IMG/VR virus record: IMGVR_UViG_3300021426_000063
Coordinates: 128,001 to 192,000 of that record
Origin: a virus
Taxonomy: Duplodnaviria > Caudoviricetes
Reading direction: 5' to 3' (one strand)
Length of the DNA: 64,000 bases
Under the pieces are notes generated by a model. That model was given only the letters and a program-made list of their open reading frames with translations, did not search any database and was not told where the DNA came from. A program made the translations under genes and the position numbers. Shown one piece after another: positions 10,194-21,233 of the stretch (the stretch's first letter is position 1; the number at the start of each line of letters is the position of its first letter).

Positions 10194-13041
10194 CTTCATT
10201 TACATTACCAAGGTCTTTCACAGGTCTTGGTTCTTTTTGTTCTTCATTGATAGTTGTACCAATGTACTCTGTTGTTTCAGTATCAATAATCTTACTGTTT
10301 GTTACATTACCAAGGTTCTTTGCAACAGGTGCTGCCTTGTCTGTCTCATTGAGTATAGGTTTGATGAAACCAATGTTCAATGCATCTGCAACACCTTCTG
10401 TTGGAACACCGGTTGATGCAGCAACACCAGTGACCAGTCTTCTCAATGCATCATTCATCCTGGTGAGTTCTTTATTCTTTTCTGCTACTGAACCCAATGC
10501 AAAATCATTTACAATCGTTGTCTTGTAATGGTCATCAACTGCAACAGATGCATCTCTTCTAATATATTCACGGTAATCATTATTGTTTACATTACCAAGA
10601 AGACTCTTATCAAACCATCTCCTGAAGTTACCATCCAATCCACCAGATGTATCAAACTCATTGTTTCCAACATCAGTCAACCTGCTGTAAGCTTCCTTAT
10701 GGAATGGTTCAAGATCAGAAAGGTCTTTGTTCTTCTTAAGTACATATTGTCTCAAATCATCAAATGGTAAGAAGTTGATAACACAGTTTCCATATGTGAA
10801 TACAAACTTTGTATTCCTCATTTCATTTGATGGAAGATTGGTTACATTCTCAAATATACTACCTGTCTCTTCTGGAACAATCTCACAATCAAAGAACTTG
10901 AATTCTACTGCTGACATATAATTAAGTGCCAACTCTGTAAGTATAGATGGGTCACCAATTATATTGGAAATGTCCTCATCTTTAACATTGATGGAGTTTC
11001 TGAAGTTCCTTATATCATGTACAAACACAGAACAATTGAATCTCCTCAAATTTATAGGTACTCTTTCCCTCCTGTAATGTCTGTCATATACAGCATTGAA
11101 ATACTTATTGAACATTGATGATACTCTCATATCAAGGAATTCAAGACAATCAATGGTAATCTTGTTATCACCAGATCCCATATATGGATCTTTCATTTCA
11201 AAATATTTCTTATATGCCTCATCCAATCCAGTTATTGATTGTAACACATAAGGATAATCTTCTGTAATTGTCTTCATACCATAGATGAATCCAAGAATAT
11301 CATAAACTGTTTGAGGTACTTCCTTTGTTGGTTTCTTTGTTTCTCCACCTTCGGTATCTGTTGCTATGGTCTCATTTGTTGTTCTTTGAGCACTTGAACT
11401 ACCAGACATCTTTTCAGTATAAGCATTGGTATTATCAATATTTTCTTTTGTGTCATTAAGCAAATCTATATAGTTGTTAATGCTGGTAACCTGGTCAGTT
11501 TCATAATCTTCATTTGCTTTATTATAAAGATATCCAAGACTACCAGTAAGTTCACCTTTCTCATTTTTAACAGCTGTTGGATTTGCTTCTGTTCCAGTAC
11601 CAAACAATTGTGTTTCTAATTTCTTTTTTTCTTCTCTTTTAATATTAAGGTCTTTTACAGAATCATCTTTCACAGAAACATTATGGATGTTTGTTTTCAT
11701 TATCACAATAATGTTTTTAAGAATCTCCTCATCAGAATCATTTATTTTAGAATCTTTTCTGATTGAATTCAATTCATTTTCAATAGTCTTTTCATCTGGG
11801 TATTTATATTCTACTTCAAGATTTTTACCATAATTCTTTTTATCATTTGATGAAATATCACCAACCATATTTTTAAAATCATTCCAGATATTTTCTACTT
11901 CACTCTTTGTAGTACTTCTTATATCATTATCACTTGATGTTTTTAATATCTCCAACTTCTTTTCAATGGTAGATTTAAAATTAGAAAGGTCTGATTTAAC
12001 ATTTCTTTTTTCATCATCTATTGCATTTTGTAAATCTTCAACATCCCTAAATGCTTTATATTTCTTCAAAACAGACATATAATTTTCTTTTGCAGTTTTG
12101 AGAGCTTCTTTCTTTGCCTCATTTGCCGCATTCATCTCATCAGTAATACTTGTTTTAGCATTCTGAATATTCATATCAAGTAAAGATTTCTGATTTTCCT
12201 TACCAAGTTTTCCAATAAACTTACAAATAACTGCCCTGTTCTTTACATTGATTGCAAATGGTTGAACAGTATCTCCATAATGTGCAGTAGTTATACGGGA
12301 TGGATCAATATCATTACCAGATTTAATGAGTTCACCTCTTACTTTTTCTGCTCTGTTTTTTGATAGTTCAAGATTATGTGATTCAGTACCTGTTTGCTTA
12401 TCAGCATAACCAGAAAGTGTAACTTGAAGTTCTGGATTATCAGTCAAAGTCTTAACAATATATGCAATAGTTGCTTCTTCTGATGGTCTAATCTTATATT
12501 GATCCCTATCAAAGAATATATTTGCAGCAGACAATTCTTCTGCATATGTATCATATATACTCTTGTTTGGAGTACCATTACCAATATAATCAGACTTACT
12601 ATATGTACCTTCGACAACCTTATCAACCATATAGATATAGTCAACAGCACCATAAAGAGGTTTATCTATATCATGTTCATCCCATAATCCATAACCAGGT
12701 TTCCTACCATTGTTAGTACCAAATGGATCCTTTGCTTTGATGGTACTTGTCTCATATGTATTTGGAGTACCATGTATATCTCTATCATTGATTTTCTTTA
12801 ATTTCTCCTCTATCCTTTCTGCTAATGGAGTATCTCCTTCATTTTCTTGAACATCCATACCATCAGGAGACCTCAAGGTTTTAGATGTAGCATATTCTTC
12901 ACCATTAAGGAATAATGGTGAAAACAGTTTATCAATAGCAAAAGTAAACCCAGTAAAGATTGGGTCTTCAATATTGTTCGTTGAGTTCTTACTGTAATGT
13001 CTCAACAAATCATGTGTATTCAAAAATTTGAGATTATTCAT
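10177..13041 (-). CDS. Putative baseplate/tail-tube-initiator protein with inserted OmpA C-terminal peptidoglycan-binding domain
   Basis: IFFD...GYADKQTG...NLELSKNRAEKV...I.PSRI....YGD..QP...NRAV at about 12222-12528; flanked by a tube-like region (QSITGL, KITIDCLE, FKFFDCE); in the late operon. Confidence 0.6.
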   Translation of the reverse strand: MNNLKFLNTHDLLRHYSKNSTNNIEDPIFTGFTFAIDKLFSPLFLNGEEYATSKTLRSPDGMDVQENEGDTPLAERIEEKLKKINDRDIHGTPNTYETSTIKAKDPFGTNNGRKPGYGLWDEHDIDKPLYGAVDYIYMVDKVVEGTYSKSDYIGNGTPNKSIYDTYAEELSAANIFFDRDQYKIRPSEEATIAYIVKTLTDNPELQVTLSGYADKQTGTESHNLELSKNRAEKVRGELIKSGNDIDPSRITTAHYGDTVQPFAINVKNRAVICKFIGKLGKENQKSLLDMNIQNAKTSITDEMNAANEAKKEALKTAKENYMSVLKKYKAFRDVEDLQNAIDDEKRNVKSDLSNFKSTIEKKLEILKTSSDNDIRSTTKSEVENIWNDFKNMVGDISSNDKKNYGKNLEVEYKYPDEKTIENELNSIRKDSKINDSDEEILKNIIVIMKTNIHNVSVKDDSVKDLNIKREEKKKLETQLFGTGTEANPTAVKNEKGELTGSLGYLYNKANEDYETDQVTSINNYIDLLNDTKENIDNTNAYTEKMSGSSSAQRTTNETIATDTEGGETKKPTKEVPQTVYDILGFIYGMKTITEDYPYVLQSITGLDEAYKKYFEMKDPYMGSGDNKITIDCLEFLDMRVSSMFNKYFNAVYDRHYRRERVPINLRRFNCSVFVHDIRNFRNSINVKDEDISNIIGDPSILTELALNYMSAVEFKFFDCEIVPEETGSIFENVTNLPSNEMRNTKFVFTYGNCVINFLPFDDLRQYVLKKNKDLSDLEPFHKEAYSRLTDVGNNEFDTSGGLDGNFRRWFDKSLLGNVNNNDYREYIRRDASVAVDDHYKTTIVNDFALGSVAEKNKELTRMNDALRRLVTGVAASTGVPTEGVADALNIGFIKPILNETDKAAPVAKNLGNVTNSKIIDTETTEYIGTTINEEQKEPRPVKDLGNVNEEKDGK

Positions 13042-13051
13042 AGTTGTAATT

Positions 13052-14875
13052 TTAATTTGCTACTAATATATCATCAATGATATTTTCATTCTTATATTTA
13101 TCAATTGCCTTTTTGGCCATATAATACTCATCCTTGAAACAAGGTTTGTATTCAATCCTGTTCAACATCAGATTCATTTTGAGATTGTTGTCATTAGGGT
13201 CATAATCAATCTCAATCTCTGTCACCACATACCAACCTGATAATCCTCTGTTGTATATGATTTCAGGCCAGAACTTCTTCTTTCTTGGATAAATTTCCTC
13301 AATGACACCTTCATCATCAAATTGAAGGATGTTCTTGTTCTTTGCCTCTTTATATTTAAGTAAATCACCGGTATCATTATCTTTATATACTTCATCCTTT
13401 GAAATCTCCTGACCAGACAATGGATGCTTGTCATAGATGTCAACCCAGATTCGACTGAACTTTGTAACAGCAGGATTGTAGTTTTGTAGTTTCACTTTCA
13501 ATCCACACTTCTTCATCCACTTCAACTGGAATCTATTCTGAACCTCTGCAAAGTAATACTGCTTAAAGGTGTTGGTTGTATCAACATTACCAAAGTTATT
13601 GAATGATTCAACATTGGTCATATTATCAACACTCGCCATATCATCCAGGTATTCACTCTTTGTCATCTGGATAAGGTTCAAAGGAATGTATGAATCCTGA
13701 TTTGGTTCTTCATCTATTGATTCAATCTTCTGTGTTGCCACATCCCTTTTGAGATTATCAATTGGTCTGATAAGGAAATCACATTGTGATAATCCCCAAC
13801 TACCCATATTGGAATCATTATATGTCACATGTGTCCTGAATCCATCAGATAATCCAGATGAACCATTATGTATCTCTTGGTATGACTCAATATAGTTTGA
13901 CCAACCATTGAAGTATTCATCGTTTGATATATAATAATAGCTCAACTTCTGATAGTTGTTTTTCATTGGATTCTCATCTGCACCAATAGGAATCTGATTA
14001 TCTGTCTTCTTTTCATCTTTTTTAGGATCATAATCAGGTAATTCCCTTGGTGGAGTACAGTTATATATCATTGCTGGTGTATCTGTCTTCTTACCACCAT
14101 GTGAAAGAAGTGAATGGCACTCCACAAAATTCAACACATTATACTGGTCAATGAATGATGTGAAGAAAGTATTTGGTGAATAACAGGCATGACCAGCAAT
14201 ATCTTCCATAAAATCAAAGTATGTTGTGGTCTCATTGTTCCTCCAGGCCATCTCATCCAATGTATTTGTCTTTGTGAAGTTGGTTGAGAATCCAAGACCT
14301 GTCCATACTGCCAGGTTGAAGAGAGACTGCATCGCTGTACACTCACCTCCACACCAGGCTTCCTTCCTGTATCCATAAGGTACATTCAACTTACCATATA
14401 CCCTGTACTTCAAACCACTGTTACTAATCTTTCTTATACTGGTTAATATAAAATCTTGCCTAATTGGTTTATAATAGAGTTCATCACCTTGTCCACCAAT
14501 ATAAACTTTGATGATAGACCCATCCTTTGGTATATTAGTTGACAGCATACTGTTTGAAGAATCAATAAACTCAAACATCAATGTTGGCAAAAATCCTGTA
14601 TAATCCAACTTGAATGCGCACACATCAACCTGATTAATTACATAATCATTGATACTTATTAAAGGAATTCTATAAGCATACTTATATGGGATATTATTTT
14701 TATCATTAGTGAAGAAATTCTTATTTAATAAAAACTCTTTTACACCCAATGATGGTTCAACAAGTTGTACTGAATTGATTTTATCACCAGTCAATTCAGT
14801 ATACTTGTTGTTGTCATCTATACCTCCAATTGGAAATATAGTCTTGTACAATGTATCTAATGTTATATTATTCAT
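13052..14875 (-). CDS. Putative baseplate hub (gp27/GpD-like) protein
   Basis: F...IA.HA...FF..FIDQY.VLNFV and C-terminal SGWYVVTEI...M.L.L.R typical of hub proteins; structural operon. Confidence 0.45.
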   Translation of the reverse strand: MNNITLDTLYKTIFPIGGIDDNNKYTELTGDKINSVQLVEPSLGVKEFLLNKNFFTNDKNNIPYKYAYRIPLISINDYVINQVDVCAFKLDYTGFLPTLMFEFIDSSNSMLSTNIPKDGSIIKVYIGGQGDELYYKPIRQDFILTSIRKISNSGLKYRVYGKLNVPYGYRKEAWCGGECTAMQSLFNLAVWTGLGFSTNFTKTNTLDEMAWRNNETTTYFDFMEDIAGHACYSPNTFFTSFIDQYNVLNFVECHSLLSHGGKKTDTPAMIYNCTPPRELPDYDPKKDEKKTDNQIPIGADENPMKNNYQKLSYYYISNDEYFNGWSNYIESYQEIHNGSSGLSDGFRTHVTYNDSNMGSWGLSQCDFLIRPIDNLKRDVATQKIESIDEEPNQDSYIPLNLIQMTKSEYLDDMASVDNMTNVESFNNFGNVDTTNTFKQYYFAEVQNRFQLKWMKKCGLKVKLQNYNPAVTKFSRIWVDIYDKHPLSGQEISKDEVYKDNDTGDLLKYKEAKNKNILQFDDEGVIEEIYPRKKKFWPEIIYNRGLSGWYVVTEIEIDYDPNDNNLKMNLMLNRIEYKPCFKDEYYMAKKAIDKYKNENIIDDILVAN

Positions 14876-14881
14876 ACATTA

Positions 14882-17515
14882 TTAATTTACTCTATATTTA
14901 ATACCATCAACAGTCACATAATCACCTTGTCTTACATAGTTGTCAGCAACAAATACCTTTCTCTTATTACCATCACCATCTGTCACTTCAACCACTGAAC
15001 CATTTTCAGTTCTTACAACATTGTCTATAATCTTTGTGTTATCAACAGTTGTTCTTTCAAAACAATCCTTTTCAAGGTCTTCTGTGTAATATGTATACCA
15101 ATAGAATGCTGTGTATGCTTCATCTATCTTTGTTATAATTGTTCCAACATTTTTCTTATGTAATTGGGCAATACCACCATTTATCTTATGACCATTCTTG
15201 GAAGCCTTCTTGATAATCTTACTTTTTATCTTCTTCAATATCCTTCCAATGATTCCAGGTGTATAATAAATATTTCCTGTATGGTTAAGGTTTGGATGGA
15301 AGAAGTGCCAACCAATAAACTTGATATCATTGTCCATTGGTTCACCATTTATCATATCTGATACAGTTGATGATTCTCCTACTTCTTGGATGATTGGAGA
15401 TTTATATGCAACAATAATATCACCTTTGTCATCCAACTCATCAATCAGTTCTTCAATTTTTTCTGATTGCTTATCTCCAACTGTTGTGAATTTCAAGACA
15501 TTATTAATACTACCTATAAGATCCTTCAATTTCTTATCATCATATGATTCCAATAATTCCATAGTTGAAGAAAGAGACTCTTTACCTTCTTTTGATGTAC
15601 TTCCATTTTCAAGGAATGAATCAAGTATATCAATGGTATGTTCAAACTCTTCTGTATCTCTGAAATGAACAGGAGACAATGTGTTAACCAATCTCACTCT
15701 TGATGACTTTATGCTATCACCAAAGGCTTCAATGATACTCTGTATCAAATCCATCAACCATTTGAGACCAAACAACTCCATCAACTGTTTGATGATGTCA
15801 CCAAGACTGTTCAATCCATTAAGCATTATCCTGGCAATCTTGTTGATGTTATTGATGATGTCAATTATTTTTTCTATAAGGTCTTTGATGAACTTGAAGA
15901 TGGTCTTGATGTCCATCCAGAAGTCAGCAATCTTATATGCAGGATTTGGTACAACAGAACCAATATCAGAAGGCATTGCAATCTTTACAGTAGATGCAAC
16001 CAACTGTGTAGTAAGATTCTTACATATCTCCTTGATATCATTGAAATCCTGATTGATTGCATCACAACAATCATCAATGAACATATCACAAGAACCACCA
16101 TTTGTAAAGAACTGTTTTATCTCTTCAATGGATGCCTTGTACTGGTTCATCATAGATTGCCAATCTGATTTGATAGAGTTACACCTATATTCTGCTTCCT
16201 TCTTGAACTTGTCCAGTTCTGTTCCAATGATAGACTTCATTGTATCAGCCTGCTTGGCATTCTTTATCTTCTTCCTGAACTTCTGCATCTCCTTGATGGC
16301 AGATCTCATTTCTCTCTTTGATTGAGTATCCAGGACTCTCTTGTCAAGGTCTTGCCTTTTCATAAAGTGTCTGATGTCCTCTCTCTGTTTCTTCAACTCT
16401 TCATCATACTCTTTCAAAAACTCTTTATAGTTCTCTTGGCTATAATTCCTTCCTTCCGGTGGCATGTTCTCCAGTTCTGCATAAGTATTATCAACCATTT
16501 CACTGTATTGATTATACATATCTTCAGAAGACATTGTCAAATCATTCCTGATTTTATAGAGCATTGATTCAAAATCAATAGGAGGTAACTGGTCTAAACC
16601 AGTTCTTACTATCACAGACTGAACAAGAACACCAGTAAATGCAGAGACGACCTTACCAATACTGAAGTTCTTGATTACTGTTGCAAGTGACCCAGATACA
16701 TTTGTAATTGCCTGATTGACCTTTGTGTCCTCACCATATTGTTTGAGTTCTTCTGAAATAGTAGTAGCACCTTTTGAAACAGAAGACAAACCAGTCACAT
16801 CCTTGAAGTTGGTATCAACAAGGTTTGACAACTGTTGCATCTTTTCACGGAGTTCAGAGATAAGAGTCTCAACCCATTTGTTTGCATTGTTGATTGTATC
16901 ATTCACCTTACTTGCTGTATCTCCAACAGTAGTAATACCCTGTGTCTTGATGTCTGTGAGTTTCTTTGTGACACTTTTCAACTTATCTGTAACATTTGAA
17001 CTGATAGTATTGAACTCACTACCTGTCCACTCGAGTACTACCTCCGCAGAATCATGTATGTCATTAGCAATCTCAAACTTACCAAGTACATCTGAACTTG
17101 TTTCTGCAACAGCCATTCCAAGATTTGATATTGCACCACTCAATTCACCGGCAGATTCAATGGTCTCACCAGTCAATGTAGAAATCATATCTATTGTTGT
17201 TTCACCAATACCAACAGTCTTGTTGATGGCATTCTGTGTAAATGTATCCAATCTGTTTGTGATACCTGTAAGTGAACCAGTGATACTGTTCATCTGGGTC
17301 ATCAAGTAATTGGAAGGGATGTCTGCATAACTGTCCAGTAGTCTATTCATATCATCAGATAACTTCTGTATCTGAGCTGACAGATAAACCACATCACCAA
17401 CAATCCTGGTTACAAAATCCTGAGGTTTTGGCATAAGAGCAACAAACTGCAATGTCTGTGATACAACACACATAGACTTTATGCCTTTTCTCATTCCTGC
17501 ATTAATAATCTCCAT
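14882..17515 (-). CDS. Large helical hypothetical (probable virion) protein
   Basis: 877-aa ORF, amphipathic helices, in the late operon. Confidence 0.7.
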   Translation of the reverse strand: MEIINAGMRKGIKSMCVVSQTLQFVALMPKPQDFVTRIVGDVVYLSAQIQKLSDDMNRLLDSYADIPSNYLMTQMNSITGSLTGITNRLDTFTQNAINKTVGIGETTIDMISTLTGETIESAGELSGAISNLGMAVAETSSDVLGKFEIANDIHDSAEVVLEWTGSEFNTISSNVTDKLKSVTKKLTDIKTQGITTVGDTASKVNDTINNANKWVETLISELREKMQQLSNLVDTNFKDVTGLSSVSKGATTISEELKQYGEDTKVNQAITNVSGSLATVIKNFSIGKVVSAFTGVLVQSVIVRTGLDQLPPIDFESMLYKIRNDLTMSSEDMYNQYSEMVDNTYAELENMPPEGRNYSQENYKEFLKEYDEELKKQREDIRHFMKRQDLDKRVLDTQSKREMRSAIKEMQKFRKKIKNAKQADTMKSIIGTELDKFKKEAEYRCNSIKSDWQSMMNQYKASIEEIKQFFTNGGSCDMFIDDCCDAINQDFNDIKEICKNLTTQLVASTVKIAMPSDIGSVVPNPAYKIADFWMDIKTIFKFIKDLIEKIIDIINNINKIARIMLNGLNSLGDIIKQLMELFGLKWLMDLIQSIIEAFGDSIKSSRVRLVNTLSPVHFRDTEEFEHTIDILDSFLENGSTSKEGKESLSSTMELLESYDDKKLKDLIGSINNVLKFTTVGDKQSEKIEELIDELDDKGDIIVAYKSPIIQEVGESSTVSDMINGEPMDNDIKFIGWHFFHPNLNHTGNIYYTPGIIGRILKKIKSKIIKKASKNGHKINGGIAQLHKKNVGTIITKIDEAYTAFYWYTYYTEDLEKDCFERTTVDNTKIIDNVVRTENGSVVEVTDGDGNKRKVFVADNYVRQGDYVTVDGIKYRVN

Positions 17516-17518
17516 ACA

Positions 17519-19390
17519 TTAACCCCATTTATAATTTACAAGTAACTCTGGTTGAGCATTATCAACAATCAATGTGTTGTGAGTATCATCAACAACATAC
17601 TGACTCAATATGAGTTTGTGAAGGTCTTCTTCACATAGTTTGTTCCATAATCTGAAATTGGTGAGATGTAAGTTACCACCAACAATACCACAATAACCAT
17701 CAACACTGAATGAACCAAGTTCATTAGGTGTACATCCAATCTTGATTATCTCACTATGACTATTGTTGACAGTCTCACTACCCTTTACCTCATACAACCA
17801 CATATTAGACATACCTCTCTTCATTCCAAGTACACAGAAGTACCACTTTGATTCAAATGAAGAGAATCCTTCAAAGTTGTAATCATAATTCTTTCCATCA
17901 ATCCTGACAACCATCTTGTCTGGCATCTGAATGATTTCAAATCCATCATTGACATATACACAGGTGTTGGCCTCATAACTGACAAGTTTACCACAAGACT
18001 GAACCTTTATACTATTATCATAAGGAACATCAATATCTACAAATAATTTTCCTTTATTTATATTGGTTATCCTATGCCAACCATTGATACCCATAACCCT
18101 GGATACCTTTATCATATTTCCTTTATCCAACAGTTTATCCCATGACTTAACCTTTAATCTTACAAAACCACCATTATCAACAACAGAATCTATCATCACA
18201 TTATCTGATACATTCTTCATATTGGTTGGTCTGAATGCAAAAGTAAACATCCTTTCATCTTCTGATGAAAGACCTTTATTCCAGTATTCAACAGCAACAT
18301 CACCCTTATCAATGGTTGATAGATTGTAATATTGTTTTGCAATTACTGTCCAGTCACTGTATATGTTCTCTTCTACAATTCTGACATTTTCGTGAAGAAT
18401 CCTTCTTAATGGATCCTGACCTTGTTCAAGCATACCAACATCATTGAGTTGGCTATCCTTCCTGTTGTCAGCAACCTCATCCTTCATCTCTTCCTCAAAC
18501 TTACCTTCAGCAGAGAACACAAGACTCTCTGTATCAGTCATAAGGTCATCATTGTCAAACTGTACAGACTTCATCTCCTGGTAAGGAACAAGACTTACTC
18601 TCCAATAAGAAGCAGCATATCCAAAGTCATCAGGGTCAGATACTGAATCCACCATATACATCTTGTTAAGATAATTACTGAAATAAAGATAATCATGTGG
18701 ATCAGGATGACTACCATTACCAAAGACCTTCTGGAATTCTGATTTCACAATGTGAACTTCAAACTGAACTGGGTAATCAATCATCATTGAATTGAATTGA
18801 AGTTCCCTTGTTGGAAGTTGATTATCTGGTACCAGGATCTTCACATTCTGTTTATCAATGACTTTCTCAATAGAGTATTCCTTCAACACAACATCTCTTG
18901 ACTTTGCATTTGGTTCTGTCTTGAAGTAAAGAACACAGAATCCAAACATATTTGAGATGAGTGTTGACATCTGGTTATAGATGTCCAATGATTGTCCAAC
19001 AGCATAAGGATTGAAGAGATTACTACCTGTACCACCATTATATACAATCTGTGGAGTAGATGTACCCTTATTCCAGAAACATTCAGGAATAGGATTCTCT
19101 TCATTCACATAATCTACATCAAGTGATATACTTTCAACAGTCAATTCACCAGGACCAACCTGTGTGAACTTGTACTGGATATAAACCTTATCATCATAAA
19201 TCTTGACAGAAGAAAGATTCTTGTTAGTTAAAGATTTCCAGTCACTCCATAATATCTTATCAGATGAGTATCTGAATTCTTTGTTGTAATAGGTCTGGTC
19301 TGTCTCACCTGTTACAACACAAGTGAAACCAGTCAAAGACTTGATTCCAGAATACTCCATCACATTGGATTCTATAATTCCTTTTGCCAT
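17519..19390 (-). CDS. T4 gp14-like neck protein with extra N- and C-terminal (LamG-like) domains
   Basis: MFGFCVLYF, F..HI.K.EF...FG...PDPHDYLYF...KMY.V..V, YW.V.L..Y motifs; C-terminal W.F.VL...NFRLW; CATAAATA at 19413-19420. Confidence 0.55.
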   Translation of the reverse strand: MAKGIIESNVMEYSGIKSLTGFTCVVTGETDQTYYNKEFRYSSDKILWSDWKSLTNKNLSSVKIYDDKVYIQYKFTQVGPGELTVESISLDVDYVNEENPIPECFWNKGTSTPQIVYNGGTGSNLFNPYAVGQSLDIYNQMSTLISNMFGFCVLYFKTEPNAKSRDVVLKEYSIEKVIDKQNVKILVPDNQLPTRELQFNSMMIDYPVQFEVHIVKSEFQKVFGNGSHPDPHDYLYFSNYLNKMYMVDSVSDPDDFGYAASYWRVSLVPYQEMKSVQFDNDDLMTDTESLVFSAEGKFEEEMKDEVADNRKDSQLNDVGMLEQGQDPLRRILHENVRIVEENIYSDWTVIAKQYYNLSTIDKGDVAVEYWNKGLSSEDERMFTFAFRPTNMKNVSDNVMIDSVVDNGGFVRLKVKSWDKLLDKGNMIKVSRVMGINGWHRITNINKGKLFVDIDVPYDNSIKVQSCGKLVSYEANTCVYVNDGFEIIQMPDKMVVRIDGKNYDYNFEGFSSFESKWYFCVLGMKRGMSNMWLYEVKGSETVNNSHSEIIKIGCTPNELGSFSVDGYCGIVGGNLHLTNFRLWNKLCEEDLHKLILSQYVVDDTHNTLIVDNAQPELLVNYKWG

Positions 19391-19443
19391 TGATACAATA
19401 CAACTTATATGTTATTTATGAAAAAAGGAGGTCTTCTGACCTC

Positions 19444-19986
19444 CTAAATATCTAATTTCAAATCATATTTCTTCAATATATCACCAAATCCAAGACCTTC
19501 AACTCTTCTTATGAAAACATCCTTCTGGTTGTTGTATATTGGTTGATTGACAAGGAAACTTCTACTTGTGAGCTGATATAGTTTCCTGAAATGATAATTG
19601 ATGATGTATTTTACAAACTTGTTGTATAAATCAATCAATCCCATTTTATCCGGGACAATATAATTATCTTCCAAGTAGAATGCCTTGTTGTTGAGTTTCT
19701 GGATGAGTTCACTCATACTGTTCACTGATTCAACCTCACTCTTTCTCAACAAGGTTGTAAGGTTAGCAGTCTTCAAACTCATTGACACCTTTACATTGAT
19801 GAAGTGTTCCTTCAAGAAGTTGATGTCATTCTCAAATATCTCCCTTATCTTCACCTTGTATGTAGTCCTGTCACCCTGTGTATATTTCTCCAATAGAACA
19901 ACCTTAACAGGTAACAGGAATTCAGGTTCATTAGGTGATGTGACAAGAGCATAACACTCTGTACCTATATTATATGTCCTTACCAT
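19444..19986 (-). CDS. Hypothetical protein
   Basis: 180-aa ORF coupled to the upstream gene, followed by hairpin GGAGGTC-ttct-GACCTCC (19427-19444). Confidence 0.7.
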   Translation of the reverse strand: MVRTYNIGTECYALVTSPNEPEFLLPVKVVLLEKYTQGDRTTYKVKIREIFENDINFLKEHFINVKVSMSLKTANLTTLLRKSEVESVNSMSELIQKLNNKAFYLEDNYIVPDKMGLIDLYNKFVKYIINYHFRKLYQLTSRSFLVNQPIYNNQKDVFIRRVEGLGFGDILKKYDLKLDI

Positions 19987-20576
19987 TACTTATCTTCTTT
20001 ATCTGAAACCTTCCTGATCAATCTCATCAAATCCTTCTGACTACTTGACTTGAAACCAGATGAAATCTCACCAGCCTGTGATGCAGTTGTTGTCTCAACA
20101 GCAGAATCCTTATCAAGAGCGATCTTCTCATACTCATCACTGGCATTCATAATATATGTGGTCTGTGCTTTCACCAAGTCAATGAATGTACTCTGGAGTT
20201 TGCCAAGTACCTCAAACAACTTTGGATTGACATCACCCAGTTCAATATTATCCATAAGAATCTTGATTGCTCTCTGGCTGACTTCCATCTGGTTCATAAT
20301 ATTACCAAGAGTCATTGAATCCAGGTTCACCTTTGCCTTGACATACTCATTCTTTGAAATAAAATTGTCAGAAAGATAAACCCTTAACAGAGATTCCATC
20401 ACATCCTTTGCTTTCTGCCTAGATTGCTCCAATGTAACCATATCATTCTTTGATATAGTGGAAGGAACTCTATTGAAATTCAATGTCTGTGAATCAATAT
20501 CATCTGTCAAGTTGATGTCATTGTCTGTCAATAAATCAGCAATACTGTCTCTAATTATGTCCTTATTATCTCCCAT
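19986..20576 (-). CDS. Probable T4 gp16-like terminase small subunit
   Basis: NPKLFEVLGKLQ resembles gp16 PR..EV...L; C-terminal FKSSSQKDLMRLI resembles F.GST.DL. Confidence 0.55.
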   Translation of the reverse strand: MGDNKDIIRDSIADLLTDNDINLTDDIDSQTLNFNRVPSTISKNDMVTLEQSRQKAKDVMESLLRVYLSDNFISKNEYVKAKVNLDSMTLGNIMNQMEVSQRAIKILMDNIELGDVNPKLFEVLGKLQSTFIDLVKAQTTYIMNASDEYEKIALDKDSAVETTTASQAGEISSGFKSSSQKDLMRLIRKVSDKEDK

Positions 20577-20587
20577 ATACTTATATT

Positions 20588-20770
20588 TTAATCAACATAC
20601 TGTCTAATCTTCTTCATCATCTCATCAATCTCCTGGAACTCTCTCTTGATGAAAGTCCCAGTCTTTGGTTGAGTCATCTTTTCTATTTCCTCATCAGTAA
20701 TAAACCTTCCATCAAATGTCCTGGAAGTATCCTCAACCTTCTTCTTTCTTTTGAAAAAATTAAACCTCAT
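20588..20770 (-). CDS. Small hypothetical protein
   Basis: 60 aa, immediately after CATAAATA (20776-20783). Confidence 0.6.
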   Translation of the reverse strand: MRFNFFKRKKKVEDTSRTFDGRFITDEEIEKMTQPKTGTFIKREFQEIDEMMKKIRQYVD

Positions 20771-20785
20771 ATATGTATTTATGAG

Positions 20786-20811
20786 AAAAGGATGGTGTAG
20801 ACCATCCTTTT
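20786..20811 (-). terminator. Intrinsic terminator
   Basis: AAAAGGATGGT-gtag-ACCATCCTTTT. Confidence 0.8.
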
Positions 20812-20822
20812 CTCATTCTCTA

Positions 20823-21227
20823 TCACTTATTTATAGGTAAATTTTCTGGATGATATTCAAACTGTGCATAAGGATAATAGTCATGCCAATCACCAGTATA
20901 ACCAAGGAAGATTGTTGATTCATCATTTGAATTCAAAATTCTGAATTCTTCAAGTTCAACACCATATGTGTATTCAGAATCATATGTATCACCTATGACA
21001 ATCTCAACTTCCTGTTCAGGAAATTCAACAACAGTTTCTTTTGAATAATAGTAATCACCATCTATAATTTCTTGGATGGCACAGTTAGACCTGTACTCAT
21101 CATCATCCTGTTCATAAATGATATATCTTTTACCATCTATTTCCAGTATATATCCTTCCTCTGTTACTGCATGTCCAACACCAGTTAACTTATGCTTTCC
21201 TGAAAGTATGTTTATATCAAACTTCAT
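20823..21227 (-). CDS. Hypothetical acidic protein
   Basis: 134-aa ORF in the sigma-factor operon. Confidence 0.7.
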   Translation of the reverse strand: MKFDINILSGKHKLTGVGHAVTEEGYILEIDGKRYIIYEQDDDEYRSNCAIQEIIDGDYYYSKETVVEFPEQEVEIVIGDTYDSEYTYGVELEEFRILNSNDESTIFLGYTGDWHDYYPYAQFEYHPENLPINK

Positions 21228-21233
21228 AATACT

